The translations under genes and the position numbers were made by a program. The notes under the pieces are model-generated. The model was given only the letters and a program-made list of their open reading frames with translations. It was not told the origin of the DNA and did not search any database. A DNA stretch of 64,000 bases from an uncultured Elusimicrobia bacterium (GTDB taxonomy: Bacteria; Elusimicrobiota; Elusimicrobia; 2-01-FULL-59-12): contig OY969767.1 of assembly GCA_963702895.1 (NCBI GenBank), positions 1,100,866 to 1,164,865 on the forward strand. The letters are read 5' to 3'. Shown piece after piece: positions 8,483 to 16,077 of this stretch. Numbering within the stretch: the stretch's first letter is position 1; each line of letters begins with the position of its first letter.

Positions 8483-8636
8483 ACAGGCGTATTTTCTGCT
8501 TTAAGGTGCGGAGCGCCGTGGCAAAAGAACCCGTTTCGACGGCGGTAGAAGAGGCGACGTTCAGCGTGAGCGCCTTTTCGTATTTGCGCCGGTCTCGAAG
8601 GTAGGGGCTCGTCGCCAGCAGTGATTTCTTTTTCAT
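8466..8636 (-). CDS. Small ORF (56 aa), candidate VbhA-like Fic antitoxin, convergent with and overlapping the fic 3' end by 17 nt
   Basis: My own translation is MKKKSLLATSPYLRDRRKYEKALTLNVASSTAVETGSFATALRTLKQKIRLFKKAA. STAVET resembles the alpha-inh motif [S/T]xxxE[G/N], with T instead of G/N. It falls below the 60-aa cutoff of the ORF track. Confidence 0.4.
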   Translation of the reverse strand: MKKKSLLATSPYLRDRRKYEKALTLNVASSTAVETGSFATALRTLKQKIRLFKKAA

Positions 8637-8702
8637 GAAACAAGTCTACCATGATGGCCGCACCAATTCCAGACTTCCCAGCCGTTGCAGAAAGGACCTC
8701 CT

Positions 8703-9449
8703 ATGAAATTCGAGCTTTCTGACGAACAACTGAAAAATCTGCTGGTTCTGGCGTATCTGGGCGAATGGATGGCTAATGCGACCAGGGAAGAGCCGATCAA
8801 AGACTATGAGCAAGCCGCTTCCAGGATTTACGCCCTGGCCCAAGGAACCGCGCTGGAGCGCTACGTGGACTACGATGATCAGTCGCGGCGGTGGTGGCCC
8901 AGCAAGGAGCTGGACGAAGCAGCGGAACCGTTGCGCAGCGATTATGACGATGAGACGTTCTGGGACGAACTGCTGGACCGCCTGATCGACCGGGACCTTG
9001 CCGCAACATACGGGGTTGGGATTTTGGGTTCGAAGGACCGTGATAAATATTGCGCCCTGCGAGAGCCGATCGAGTCACGCTACGGGACGGAGTTTGAACG
9101 CTTTGGGATTGATCGCCTCAAGCTGCCCGAGGGTCTTCCTGAAGAAGACGCTTACTCCCCCTCGCCGGCCCAGGCGACAGCGATGGGCTTGGCGTGGTAC
9201 CGGTCCGATCAATGGGAACAGCTTCGGTCCATCTCCGCGGACCGCGATGAGCTCGAAGAAAGATACGTGGAATGGTTAAAGACCGCTTCTAACCTCTTTT
9301 CCCAGCTCACGCTGCGGGGTCAAGAGATCAAAAAGGTATTAGTGGACGTCAATGATCTCGCCAAATGGTGTAAAGCCAAGGGCCTTCTTGTCGATTCCCA
9401 TTCCCGATCTGCTTTCGTCGCGGACCAGCTCCGAACGACGAAGTCCTGA
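8703..9449 (+). CDS. Acidic hypothetical protein (248 aa), cargo of the Fic cassette
   Basis: Long non-repetitive ORF with ATG at 8703. No motif recognised. Confidence 0.6.
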   Translation: MKFELSDEQLKNLLVLAYLGEWMANATREEPIKDYEQAASRIYALAQGTALERYVDYDDQSRRWWPSKELDEAAEPLRSDYDDETFWDELLDRLIDRDLAATYGVGILGSKDRDKYCALREPIESRYGTEFERFGIDRLKLPEGLPEEDAYSPSPAQATAMGLAWYRSDQWEQLRSISADRDELEERYVEWLKTASNLFSQLTLRGQEIKKVLVDVNDLAKWCKAKGLLVDSHSRSAFVADQLRTTKS

Positions 9450-9526
9450 CAAGCATCCGCTTCCCGGAGGTTGGCAGTACGAATGAGCGCCGAAGGACGC
9501 CAAAGCGACCCGAGGCCGGATTGGCA

Positions 9527-9695
9527 AATAGATTAACCGGGTTCCTCGAAGATCGGGCCGGTTCCCCGAAAGATTAGGCAGGTTGGCCGAAAGATTAGGT
9601 AAGTTCCTCGAAGATTAGGTAAGTTCCCTGCGGAAGATTAGGTAAGTTGGCCGAAAGATTAGGTAAGTTAACCGAAAGATTAGGCAGGCTTGTCC
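9527..9695. repeat. Array C: 8 contiguous ~20-nt direct repeats, same family and order as the right part of array B
   Basis: Units include aagattaggcaggttggccga, aagattaggtaagttcctcg, aagattaggtaagttccctgcgg. The last unit encodes KPA-stop of gene 9680..10423. Confidence 0.85.
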
Positions 9696-10423
9696 GTCGC
9701 AGCCTGCCCGGATTGGTAGAGCGTGGCGGGGTCACGGGGATCGCCGGCGCGCTTGATCAGGCCGCGGTCCATGAGGCTGCCCAGGATCCTTAAGGTGGCC
9801 GTGCGCGAAAGGTTCAGCAGCTTTTCCACATCCTCCCGGCGCAGGCCGGCGCTCTTGCCAGTGGCGTCCAGGACAATCTTCTCGTAGCGTTCCCGCTTCC
9901 GGCTGACCCAGCGGTGTTGGGTGGAGGGGGTAGGGGGTGACGAAGGCGGCGGGGCCGCGGACTCGCCTTTGGCCTCGAGCTGCCGTTCGAGTTCCTGATG
10001 CGCTTTTTCCTCCACGCGGACGCTCAACCACCGGGAGGCACTCGATCCGATGTAGAACCCGAGGACTTCGAAGGCAATCAAGGTAAGTCCCTTGGGGTAG
10101 GCCAGGCGCGCCGGCCAGATCTCGGAGCCGAGCACCGCCACGAGCAGGAAGACCGCCCATAGTCCGACGAACCATTCCCCTTTGAGCCGGAAAGGCGCGG
10201 GTTGCGTCTCTCCTTCGGCCGCCAGTTTCTCCGGATGGAAGCCGATCGTCCACCGGTGGACTTCTTTCCCCCCCACATAAGCCGAAAGCAATGCCAGGTA
10301 GAAGGCGTTGGCGGTGCTGACGTTGATCTGGACATGAGCGGCGGTGGCGAACTCCGCGACCTGCACGCCGAAAAGAGCCAGGGTGTAGAGCGCGCTCAGC
10401 CAGAAAAGAAAGGTCATGCTCAA
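9680..10423 (-). CDS. Membrane protein with about 4 TM helices, a coiled-coil linker and a C-terminal winged-helix (MarR-like) domain
   Basis: Hydrophobic N-terminal half. C-terminus is GLRREDVEKLLNLSRTATLRILGSLMDRGLIKRAGDPRDPATLY. Its ATG overlaps the ogt stop (ATGA). Confidence 0.7.
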   Translation of the reverse strand: MSMTFLFWLSALYTLALFGVQVAEFATAAHVQINVSTANAFYLALLSAYVGGKEVHRWTIGFHPEKLAAEGETQPAPFRLKGEWFVGLWAVFLLVAVLGSEIWPARLAYPKGLTLIAFEVLGFYIGSSASRWLSVRVEEKAHQELERQLEAKGESAAPPPSSPPTPSTQHRWVSRKRERYEKIVLDATGKSAGLRREDVEKLLNLSRTATLRILGSLMDRGLIKRAGDPRDPATLYQSGQAATDKPA

Positions 10424-10764
10424 GGTTTGATCTCCCTGCGGCGATGATGAAAAACGGGGCGCTGATTTTCCCAGCCTTCTGTCCTAAGCAAGGATCTCTT
10501 GGTTCGAATCCCCCCGCGGCCGGAGTAGCCGGTCATCTGGCCGCCCGCGCCCAAGACGCGGTGGCAGGGGATCCGGGGCGCGAAAGGGTTGGCGGCGAGC
10601 GCCCTTCCCACCGCGCGCGCGGCGCCGGGCCGGCCGATCGCGCGCGCGAGCCAGCCATAGGTCCTCGTTTGCCCGCGCGGGATTCTGGCGCAGGCTTTCC
10701 AGACGCTTTGGTAAAAATCCGGGTACTTCTTCATCTGCTCGCGAAGGTCTCGGGCAAGTTTCAC
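10420..10764 (-). CDS. ogt: Methylated-DNA-protein-cysteine methyltransferase (MGMT/Ogt C-terminal domain protein)
   Basis: Active-site PCHRV within RIPCHRVLGAGGQMTGYSG. A GTG start at 10764 lies just after the upstream stop; an alternative ATG is at 10734. Confidence 0.8.
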   Translation of the reverse strand: MKLARDLREQMKKYPDFYQSVWKACARIPRGQTRTYGWLARAIGRPGAARAVGRALAANPFAPRIPCHRVLGAGGQMTGYSGRGGIRTKRSLLRTEGWENQRPVFHHRRREIKP

Positions 10765-10765
10765 G

Positions 10766-12241
10766 CTACTCGTCCTGGCTGTAGTCCAGCGGTCTGATTT
10801 CCAGGGGTCTTCCCAAAGTCGAGATGGGTTTGTCAAAAGTACTCAGGTCGCCGATCACCAGGATCGTCATGCGGTCGGGATGCAGGTAGGTTTTGCCAAC
10901 GCGCTGCAAGTCTTGTCGGGTGACTTGCGCGATTTGCCGGGTGTAAGTCTCCAGATAGTTCTCCGGAAAACCGAAGAACTCGAGGCTCATGCGGTAAGAG
11001 GCGATCTGGGCGCTCGAGGTGAAATTCTCAATAAAGCGGTTGCGGATCGCTTCCTTCGCATCCGAGATTTCCTGGTCTGTAAAGAGAGCGTCCCTGGTTT
11101 CCTGAGAAATCTTGAGGATCGATTGGATGGCCGCCATGGTTTGAGAGCCCCGGGTCTGGCACACCGCGACCACGAGACCTCTCTGTGGAGGCTCCGTATA
11201 ACCGCTGCCCACCGAATAAGCCAGTCCCTGTTCCGTCCGAACCTTACGGAATAGCCTTGAGCCCGCACTGCCGCCCCAGAGCTCGTTAAAAACTTCCCAG
11301 GCGAAATGGTCCGGGCTGTGCCGAATCAGGCCGAAATCGCCGACCCGGATCTGGCTTTGATTGAGAGGCCGCTGGATGTAAAAAACGCGGCGATCACCCA
11401 ACGGAGGCGGTGCTGGAACCGGCGGCCAGGTGGTCTCTGACTTTTCCCATGATCCCAAAGCGTTTTGAAGATGCGCGAGCATCTCCTCCGTCACGAAGTC
11501 TCCCGTGACGGCCATCCACGCGCCATTCGGGCGGAAGTAGCGCTTGTGGGCACCCAGGAGATCGTCGCGTTTGATGTTCTTGATCATGGCGGGCGAGGGG
11601 ATGCGCGCGTAAGGGTGGGCGGATCCATACATCACGCGGCGAAATTCACGGCGACTGACGTCATCAGGGTCATCGTTCATGCGCCGCAAACTTTCCAGGG
11701 CCTTGGCTTTGGTGATCTCGAACTTATCTTTGCGAAATTGTGGATGCAGCAGCAGGTCCTGGTAGAGGCCGAAGATCTCTTTAAAATCTTCTTTGCGGCA
11801 GCTCAGAGTCCCTGATCCATTTTCGAGCCCGATCGAAAATCCGATCGAAGCCGCTTTGCGGTTGAGGGTCTTTTCAATATCTTCCGGTGTGTAAAGCCTG
11901 CTCCCGCCCAAGGCCATGACTTCCCCGTAGAGCGACCCTAAACCAATTTTGTGGAGCGGGTCGGCCTGGGTGCCCCCTTCGACGTACATCTCCAGCTTAA
12001 TCAGCGGCAGCTCATGGTCTTCCAGGAGAAAAAGGACCAGGCCATTGTCCAGCACTTTGCGGACGGGTTTGGGCGGATGGAGCTCCAGTGGCGGGAAAGC
12101 GGGCAAAGGAGGCGGCGACGCGTACAATGCAGGCTGGATAAGGAACATGGCTGCGCCGAGTAGCGCGATAAACCGATTGCCGAACAAGGGTATCGAGGCC
12201 TCTTTTGACGTCACCCCGGCGGAAGCCGGGGTCCAGTTCAT
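10766..12241 (-). CDS. M16 (pitrilysin) family peptidase, non-catalytic-type subunit lacking HxxEH
   Basis: M16 fold-like sequence throughout, but GSLYGEVMALGG occupies the position of the zinc motif. Signal peptide FGNRFIALLGAAMFLIQPALYA. Start is uncertain (ATG 12241 lies inside a REP hairpin; TTG 12187 is plausible). Confidence 0.75.
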   Translation of the reverse strand: MNWTPASAGVTSKEASIPLFGNRFIALLGAAMFLIQPALYASPPPLPAFPPLELHPPKPVRKVLDNGLVLFLLEDHELPLIKLEMYVEGGTQADPLHKIGLGSLYGEVMALGGSRLYTPEDIEKTLNRKAASIGFSIGLENGSGTLSCRKEDFKEIFGLYQDLLLHPQFRKDKFEITKAKALESLRRMNDDPDDVSRREFRRVMYGSAHPYARIPSPAMIKNIKRDDLLGAHKRYFRPNGAWMAVTGDFVTEEMLAHLQNALGSWEKSETTWPPVPAPPPLGDRRVFYIQRPLNQSQIRVGDFGLIRHSPDHFAWEVFNELWGGSAGSRLFRKVRTEQGLAYSVGSGYTEPPQRGLVVAVCQTRGSQTMAAIQSILKISQETRDALFTDQEISDAKEAIRNRFIENFTSSAQIASYRMSLEFFGFPENYLETYTRQIAQVTRQDLQRVGKTYLHPDRMTILVIGDLSTFDKPISTLGRPLEIRPLDYSQDE

Positions 12242-12490
12242 CGACGATGTTCTAGATTCCGGGTCTCCACTTTGACGCGGTGGGCCGTCCGCCACAAGAC
12301 GGGCGGAGAGCGCCTGGTGCGTGGCGCTCGGCCCCCGCCTAACTTCTGGCGAGGCCTCGCCAGCCGTGTGGCGGGCGCCGGGAGTGTGGAGGGCCGGCTT
12401 TCGCCGGAATGACAACCATAAGACCTTCGGAAGGGCTTGTCGACACCCTTTTGGAGATCTGGACCCCGGCTTTCGCCGGGGTGACGACAC
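12211..12490. repeat. Cluster of REP-like GC hairpins (ACCCCGGC-N4-GCCGGGGT family) plus an 18-nt perfect palindrome, between the two M16 genes
   Basis: Hairpins are accccggc ggaa gccggggt (12213-12232), ccggc tttc gccgg aatgac (12394-12413) and accccggc tttc gccggggt (12463-12482). The palindrome is ctggcgagg/cctcgccag (12344-12361). Confidence 0.8.
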
Positions 12491-12552
12491 GAGTGGCCTT
12501 GGGCCCCTGTTTCGCTCACTTTGGGACATTCGCATTCCTGGCACATCGATCC

Positions 12553-14046
12553 TCATGACTTTTTCACCGGTTCGAGGGCCCCCACGGTCAGGTTGTCCTT
12601 CAGAAAATATTTCCGTGCAAAGAGCTGGATGTCTTGGGCGCTCAGCTCTTTAATTTGCTGTTGGAAACGCAAGAGATAACGCCAATCACCAAAAATGGAC
12701 TGGTTGTAAACCAAGGTGCTGGCCATGCCGGAATTGGTTTGCAGGGTTTCCAGAATGCCGACTTCGACGGCCGCTCTCACCTTTTCCAGTTCCCAAGGTT
12801 CCACGGGGTCTTTTTTGAGGCGATTCAGTTCATGCTCGATGGCTTGGGTGACCTGCGCATTGGTATGGGGATGGCGCGCTTGGGCCGAGATCAGGAACAG
12901 CGAGGCATAGCGCTCTCCGGGATAGTCTTGGGCGGTCTCCACGGCGGCGGCGACCTTTTTCTTTTCCACGAGCGCCTTGTAAAAACGAGATGTCGAACCG
13001 GTCCCCAAGAGATAGGAAACGGCATAGGCGATGACCTGGTCTGGATGAGGGTAACCCGGGATGTGGTAGCCGAGAACAACCTGGGGTTGGGCCTCAAAGG
13101 TGACACTCGTTTGCCTTGCTCCGGTTTGTTTCGGTTCCGGGGCGATGTGGCTTGGGGGAGGTCCTGCGACGCGCCAGTTTCCAAAGTACTTTTCCACCAG
13201 CCGGAGGGTGTCCTGAGCTTTCACGTCACCGACGATGCTGATCGTGAGTTGGTCCGGGGTGTAGTGCTTCTGGTAGAAGTCGACCAGGTCCGAAACATAA
13301 AGGTGATCCAGATCGCCCTCCCAGCCGATCGTGGGATTGCGATAGGGGTGCGACTGGTAAGCCACGGAGGTAAAGACCTCAAAGAGTTTACCTTCGGGGT
13401 CCGTGTCGATCCTCATGCGGCGCTCTTCCTTCACGACCTCACGCTCCTGGTAGAACTGCCGGAAAACCGGGTTCTTGAGCCGGTCGGAGTCCAGGATCGC
13501 CCAGAGTTCGATCTTGTTGGACGGCAGATCCACCATGTATTGCGTAAAGTCTCGGGAGGTGCTGGCGTTGAGCACCGAAGCACCCTCGCGCTCATAGAGG
13601 TTCCAGAGTTCGTTATCGACAATATAGGCGCGGGATTTTTCTTCGACGACGCGCAGCTCATCAATGAGGTCGCCAATACGCTTTTGATCGGCCTGATCGT
13701 TCCTCTGCTTTTCTTTGGCGATGGCCAACTGAAGGCGATCCATGTGTGCCAGAAGCGGCGCTTCGGCGGCATAGTTGTGGGTGCCGAGGGTCTTGGTGCC
13801 CTTGAACATCATGTGTTCAAACATGTGCGCGAGGCCCGTCTTGCCCGTCGTTTCATCCACCGATCCCACACGGAACATCATGCGGATCGACACGGTCGGC
13901 GAGAAATGCCGTTCCAGAATGAGCAGCTTGATGCCATTGGACAACGTGTGTTCGACCACCCGTTGCTCGAGTAAGGAGCTTTCGCCAAAAGCGCAAGAGC
14001 TCGCCAGCGCCACGAGCAACAAAGAGAAACACCTTGTCCGCTTCAT
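12553..14046 (-). CDS. M16 family zinc peptidase, catalytic-type
   Basis: HxxEH motif in GLAHMFEHMMFKGT. Signal peptide MKRTRCFSLLLVALASSCAFG. ATG at 14046. Confidence 0.85.
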   Translation of the reverse strand: MKRTRCFSLLLVALASSCAFGESSLLEQRVVEHTLSNGIKLLILERHFSPTVSIRMMFRVGSVDETTGKTGLAHMFEHMMFKGTKTLGTHNYAAEAPLLAHMDRLQLAIAKEKQRNDQADQKRIGDLIDELRVVEEKSRAYIVDNELWNLYEREGASVLNASTSRDFTQYMVDLPSNKIELWAILDSDRLKNPVFRQFYQEREVVKEERRMRIDTDPEGKLFEVFTSVAYQSHPYRNPTIGWEGDLDHLYVSDLVDFYQKHYTPDQLTISIVGDVKAQDTLRLVEKYFGNWRVAGPPPSHIAPEPKQTGARQTSVTFEAQPQVVLGYHIPGYPHPDQVIAYAVSYLLGTGSTSRFYKALVEKKKVAAAVETAQDYPGERYASLFLISAQARHPHTNAQVTQAIEHELNRLKKDPVEPWELEKVRAAVEVGILETLQTNSGMASTLVYNQSIFGDWRYLLRFQQQIKELSAQDIQLFARKYFLKDNLTVGALEPVKKS

Positions 14047-14059
14047 GAATTGGATTGTA

Positions 14060-15370
14060 TCAGTTGTCGGATTTGAGAAACTTCTTGGCGCGCCGTTGCC
14101 GGTGAAAGGTAATAGCAAAGCGGTGGGCTTCGTTGCGCACGCGCTGCACCAGGTGCAGCGCGGCGGAATCCATCGGCAGCCGAACGGGTGGGTCCTGCCC
14201 GGGAAGGAACAATTCCTCTTCCCGTTTGGCGAGCGCCGCCATCGCGGGGACCCGGGAGGACTCCAGGACCGAACGGATGGCTACTTGGGCGGCGCCCAGC
14301 TGGCCTTTGCCTCCGTCGATGAGAATCAGGTCGGGGAGCGTCTTCCCCTCATCCCGGAGGCGCCTGTAGCGCCGCCCCACCACTTCGCCCATGCTCGCGA
14401 AATCATCAATCCCGCTGACCGTTTTGATTTTAAACTTGCGGTACTCGTCTTTCCTGGGTTTGCCAGCCGCAAAGACCACCACGGAAGCGACCGTTTCTGC
14501 GCCTTGAAAGTGAGAGATATCGAAGCATTCGATACGGACGGGCGGGACCTTGAGTTGGAGCGCCTTCTGCAGGTCGGTGATGGCGCGGGACCCGCCGACA
14601 CGCTCGTCCAGATCCACCCGTTCGATCTGCCGGACCGTCACGCGCTCGTCCATGTGCTCGAGCGCGGCGACATTGTCACGGAGTTGGGCCGCGCGCTCGT
14701 AGTCCTGGGCTTGGGAGGCCTCCTGGAGTTCGCGTCGCCACGATTCGGTCAGCTTCCGATAATTTCCGCGGAAGAAGAGTTCTGCCTCCTGGGCGATTCG
14801 CCGGTAAGCCGCGCGCGTGATGCGCCCCACGCAAGGGGCCGGGCATTCGTGGGTGTGATAGTAAAGACACTGTTTGGCCTTTTCCAGCGGAAGCGGATCT
14901 TTCTCGGAGAACGGATAATGACAGGGCCTCAAAGGAAACAGATGCTGCTTCCAGAGGTAGCGGAGAAGCCGGCGCAAAGGCGTGACGTTCGGATAAGGGC
15001 CGAAATAGCGGGAGCCATCACGTTTCACCTGGCGTGTCATGAAGAGCCGAGGGAAGTCTTCATGCCAAGTGATCTTCACATGAGGATAAGACTTATCGTC
15101 TTTCCACATCGTGTTGAAGTGGGGCTGCAGCCTTCGGATGAGCCCCCGCTCCATGATGAGGGCTTCGCGCTCGCTGGCGGCGGGCACATAGTCCACATGG
15201 TGGATCGAGGCGACCAGCGCCGCGATCTTGGCGGTGTGCTGCGTGCGGTTCATGAAGTAGGAGCTCACACGCTTGGCGAGATCGCGCGCCTTGCCAACGT
15301 AGAGGATTTGGCCGGCTTTGTCGCGCATCAGATAGACGCCTGGCGAATGAGGAAGGGCGTAGAGATTCAT
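14060..15370 (-). CDS. uvrC: Excinuclease ABC subunit C, short form lacking the C-terminal (HhH)2 domain
   Basis: GIY-YIG (GVYLMRDKAGQILYVGKA), UVR (YERAAQLRDNVAALEH) and endonuclease domain (RIECFDISHFQG). The protein ends right after AHRFAITFHRQRRAK. Confidence 0.85.
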   Translation of the reverse strand: MNLYALPHSPGVYLMRDKAGQILYVGKARDLAKRVSSYFMNRTQHTAKIAALVASIHHVDYVPAASEREALIMERGLIRRLQPHFNTMWKDDKSYPHVKITWHEDFPRLFMTRQVKRDGSRYFGPYPNVTPLRRLLRYLWKQHLFPLRPCHYPFSEKDPLPLEKAKQCLYYHTHECPAPCVGRITRAAYRRIAQEAELFFRGNYRKLTESWRRELQEASQAQDYERAAQLRDNVAALEHMDERVTVRQIERVDLDERVGGSRAITDLQKALQLKVPPVRIECFDISHFQGAETVASVVVFAAGKPRKDEYRKFKIKTVSGIDDFASMGEVVGRRYRRLRDEGKTLPDLILIDGGKGQLGAAQVAIRSVLESSRVPAMAALAKREEELFLPGQDPPVRLPMDSAALHLVQRVRNEAHRFAITFHRQRRAKKFLKSDN

Positions 15371-15403
15371 CGATTCATTATAAAGGGGGCGGCGCGCGAA
15401 CAA

Positions 15404-16069
15404 TCAGGATTTCTTCGTAATGCGGCGTGCCAGACGCTCGGCGTGCCACAGGAAGAAGGAGCGCAGCGCGGTCAGGCTCAGCGGATCAATCATGCGAGGC
15501 AGCAACGTGACCCCTTTGACTTTAAAAAACGACATCGCCAAACAGTAGTCGTCCAATTCCCTGTATTTGCGGCGTGCCTGAATGATCAGTTTCCGCAGCG
15601 GCATGTGCGTCTGATCGATTCGGTACACATCAACGAAATCCTTGGGTTCGGCACGCTCGGAAAGCGCCGAAAGTTTGTTGCAGGCAATATCGAGCAGATT
15701 GTCCAGGCGAACGCCTGCCGTCTCGAGGGTTTTTCTCACGGGTTTCAGGCGGCCGGGCATGTCGAGAGCGAAATCCATCTCGAGGCGCTTATAGCGAGGA
15801 TGAATCAGGGCGCATTCAAAGAGGGTCTGGAATCGCCTGCCAAAGACGATGCGCGCGCCAAGCCGTCTGGCGATTTTTCTCACAATGGGGGGTACGCGGG
15901 CAACGGCCCCCGGGGTTTGAGTAAAAAAATCGAGGTCGTCGGAATAGCGGTGCTTCAGATAGAAGGCCGATAGGGCGGTGCCGCCTGTCAGGTAGAAATC
16001 ACGCAACAAGGGTTCCCTTCCAAGGAGGCGAAGCGCATGTATTTGAAACGGCGTGAGAATGTCGCCCAT
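15404..16069 (-). CDS. AbiEii/AbiGii-type nucleotidyltransferase (DUF1814) toxin-family protein
   Basis: FYLTGGTALSAFYLKHRYSDDLDFF signature. ATG at 16069; the 104-codon upstream extension is judged spurious. Its stop abuts the uvrC region. Confidence 0.75.
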   Translation of the reverse strand: MGDILTPFQIHALRLLGREPLLRDFYLTGGTALSAFYLKHRYSDDLDFFTQTPGAVARVPPIVRKIARRLGARIVFGRRFQTLFECALIHPRYKRLEMDFALDMPGRLKPVRKTLETAGVRLDNLLDIACNKLSALSERAEPKDFVDVYRIDQTHMPLRKLIIQARRKYRELDDYCLAMSFFKVKGVTLLPRMIDPLSLTALRSFFLWHAERLARRITKKS

Positions 16070-16077
16070 CGTTCGCT

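Noticed and set aside
6365-9695. The AAGATTAGGTAAGTT repeat arrays as CRISPR arrays
   Set aside because: The units are contiguous with no spacers. They are only 19-23 nt, degenerate toward one end, and not palindromic. No cas genes are nearby.
10495-10512. GGTTCGAATCC, a tRNA T-loop-like string; a similar GGTTCGAACCC lies near 44037
   Set aside because: Flanking bases cannot form a T-stem or acceptor stem. Both strings lie inside well-supported coding sequence (ogt GGIRTKRS and murJ). No tRNA was found anywhere in the window.
12634-15973. Very long plus-strand ORFs (446 aa and 732 aa) antisense to the M16, uvrC and AbiEii genes. Similar cases are 41517-42527, 48227-49324, 51446-52687 and 19893-20825.
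   Set aside because: They have no recognisable motifs and a low-complexity R/G/L/V-rich composition. Each mirrors an opposite-strand gene with strong family signatures. These are typical GC-rich shadow ORFs.
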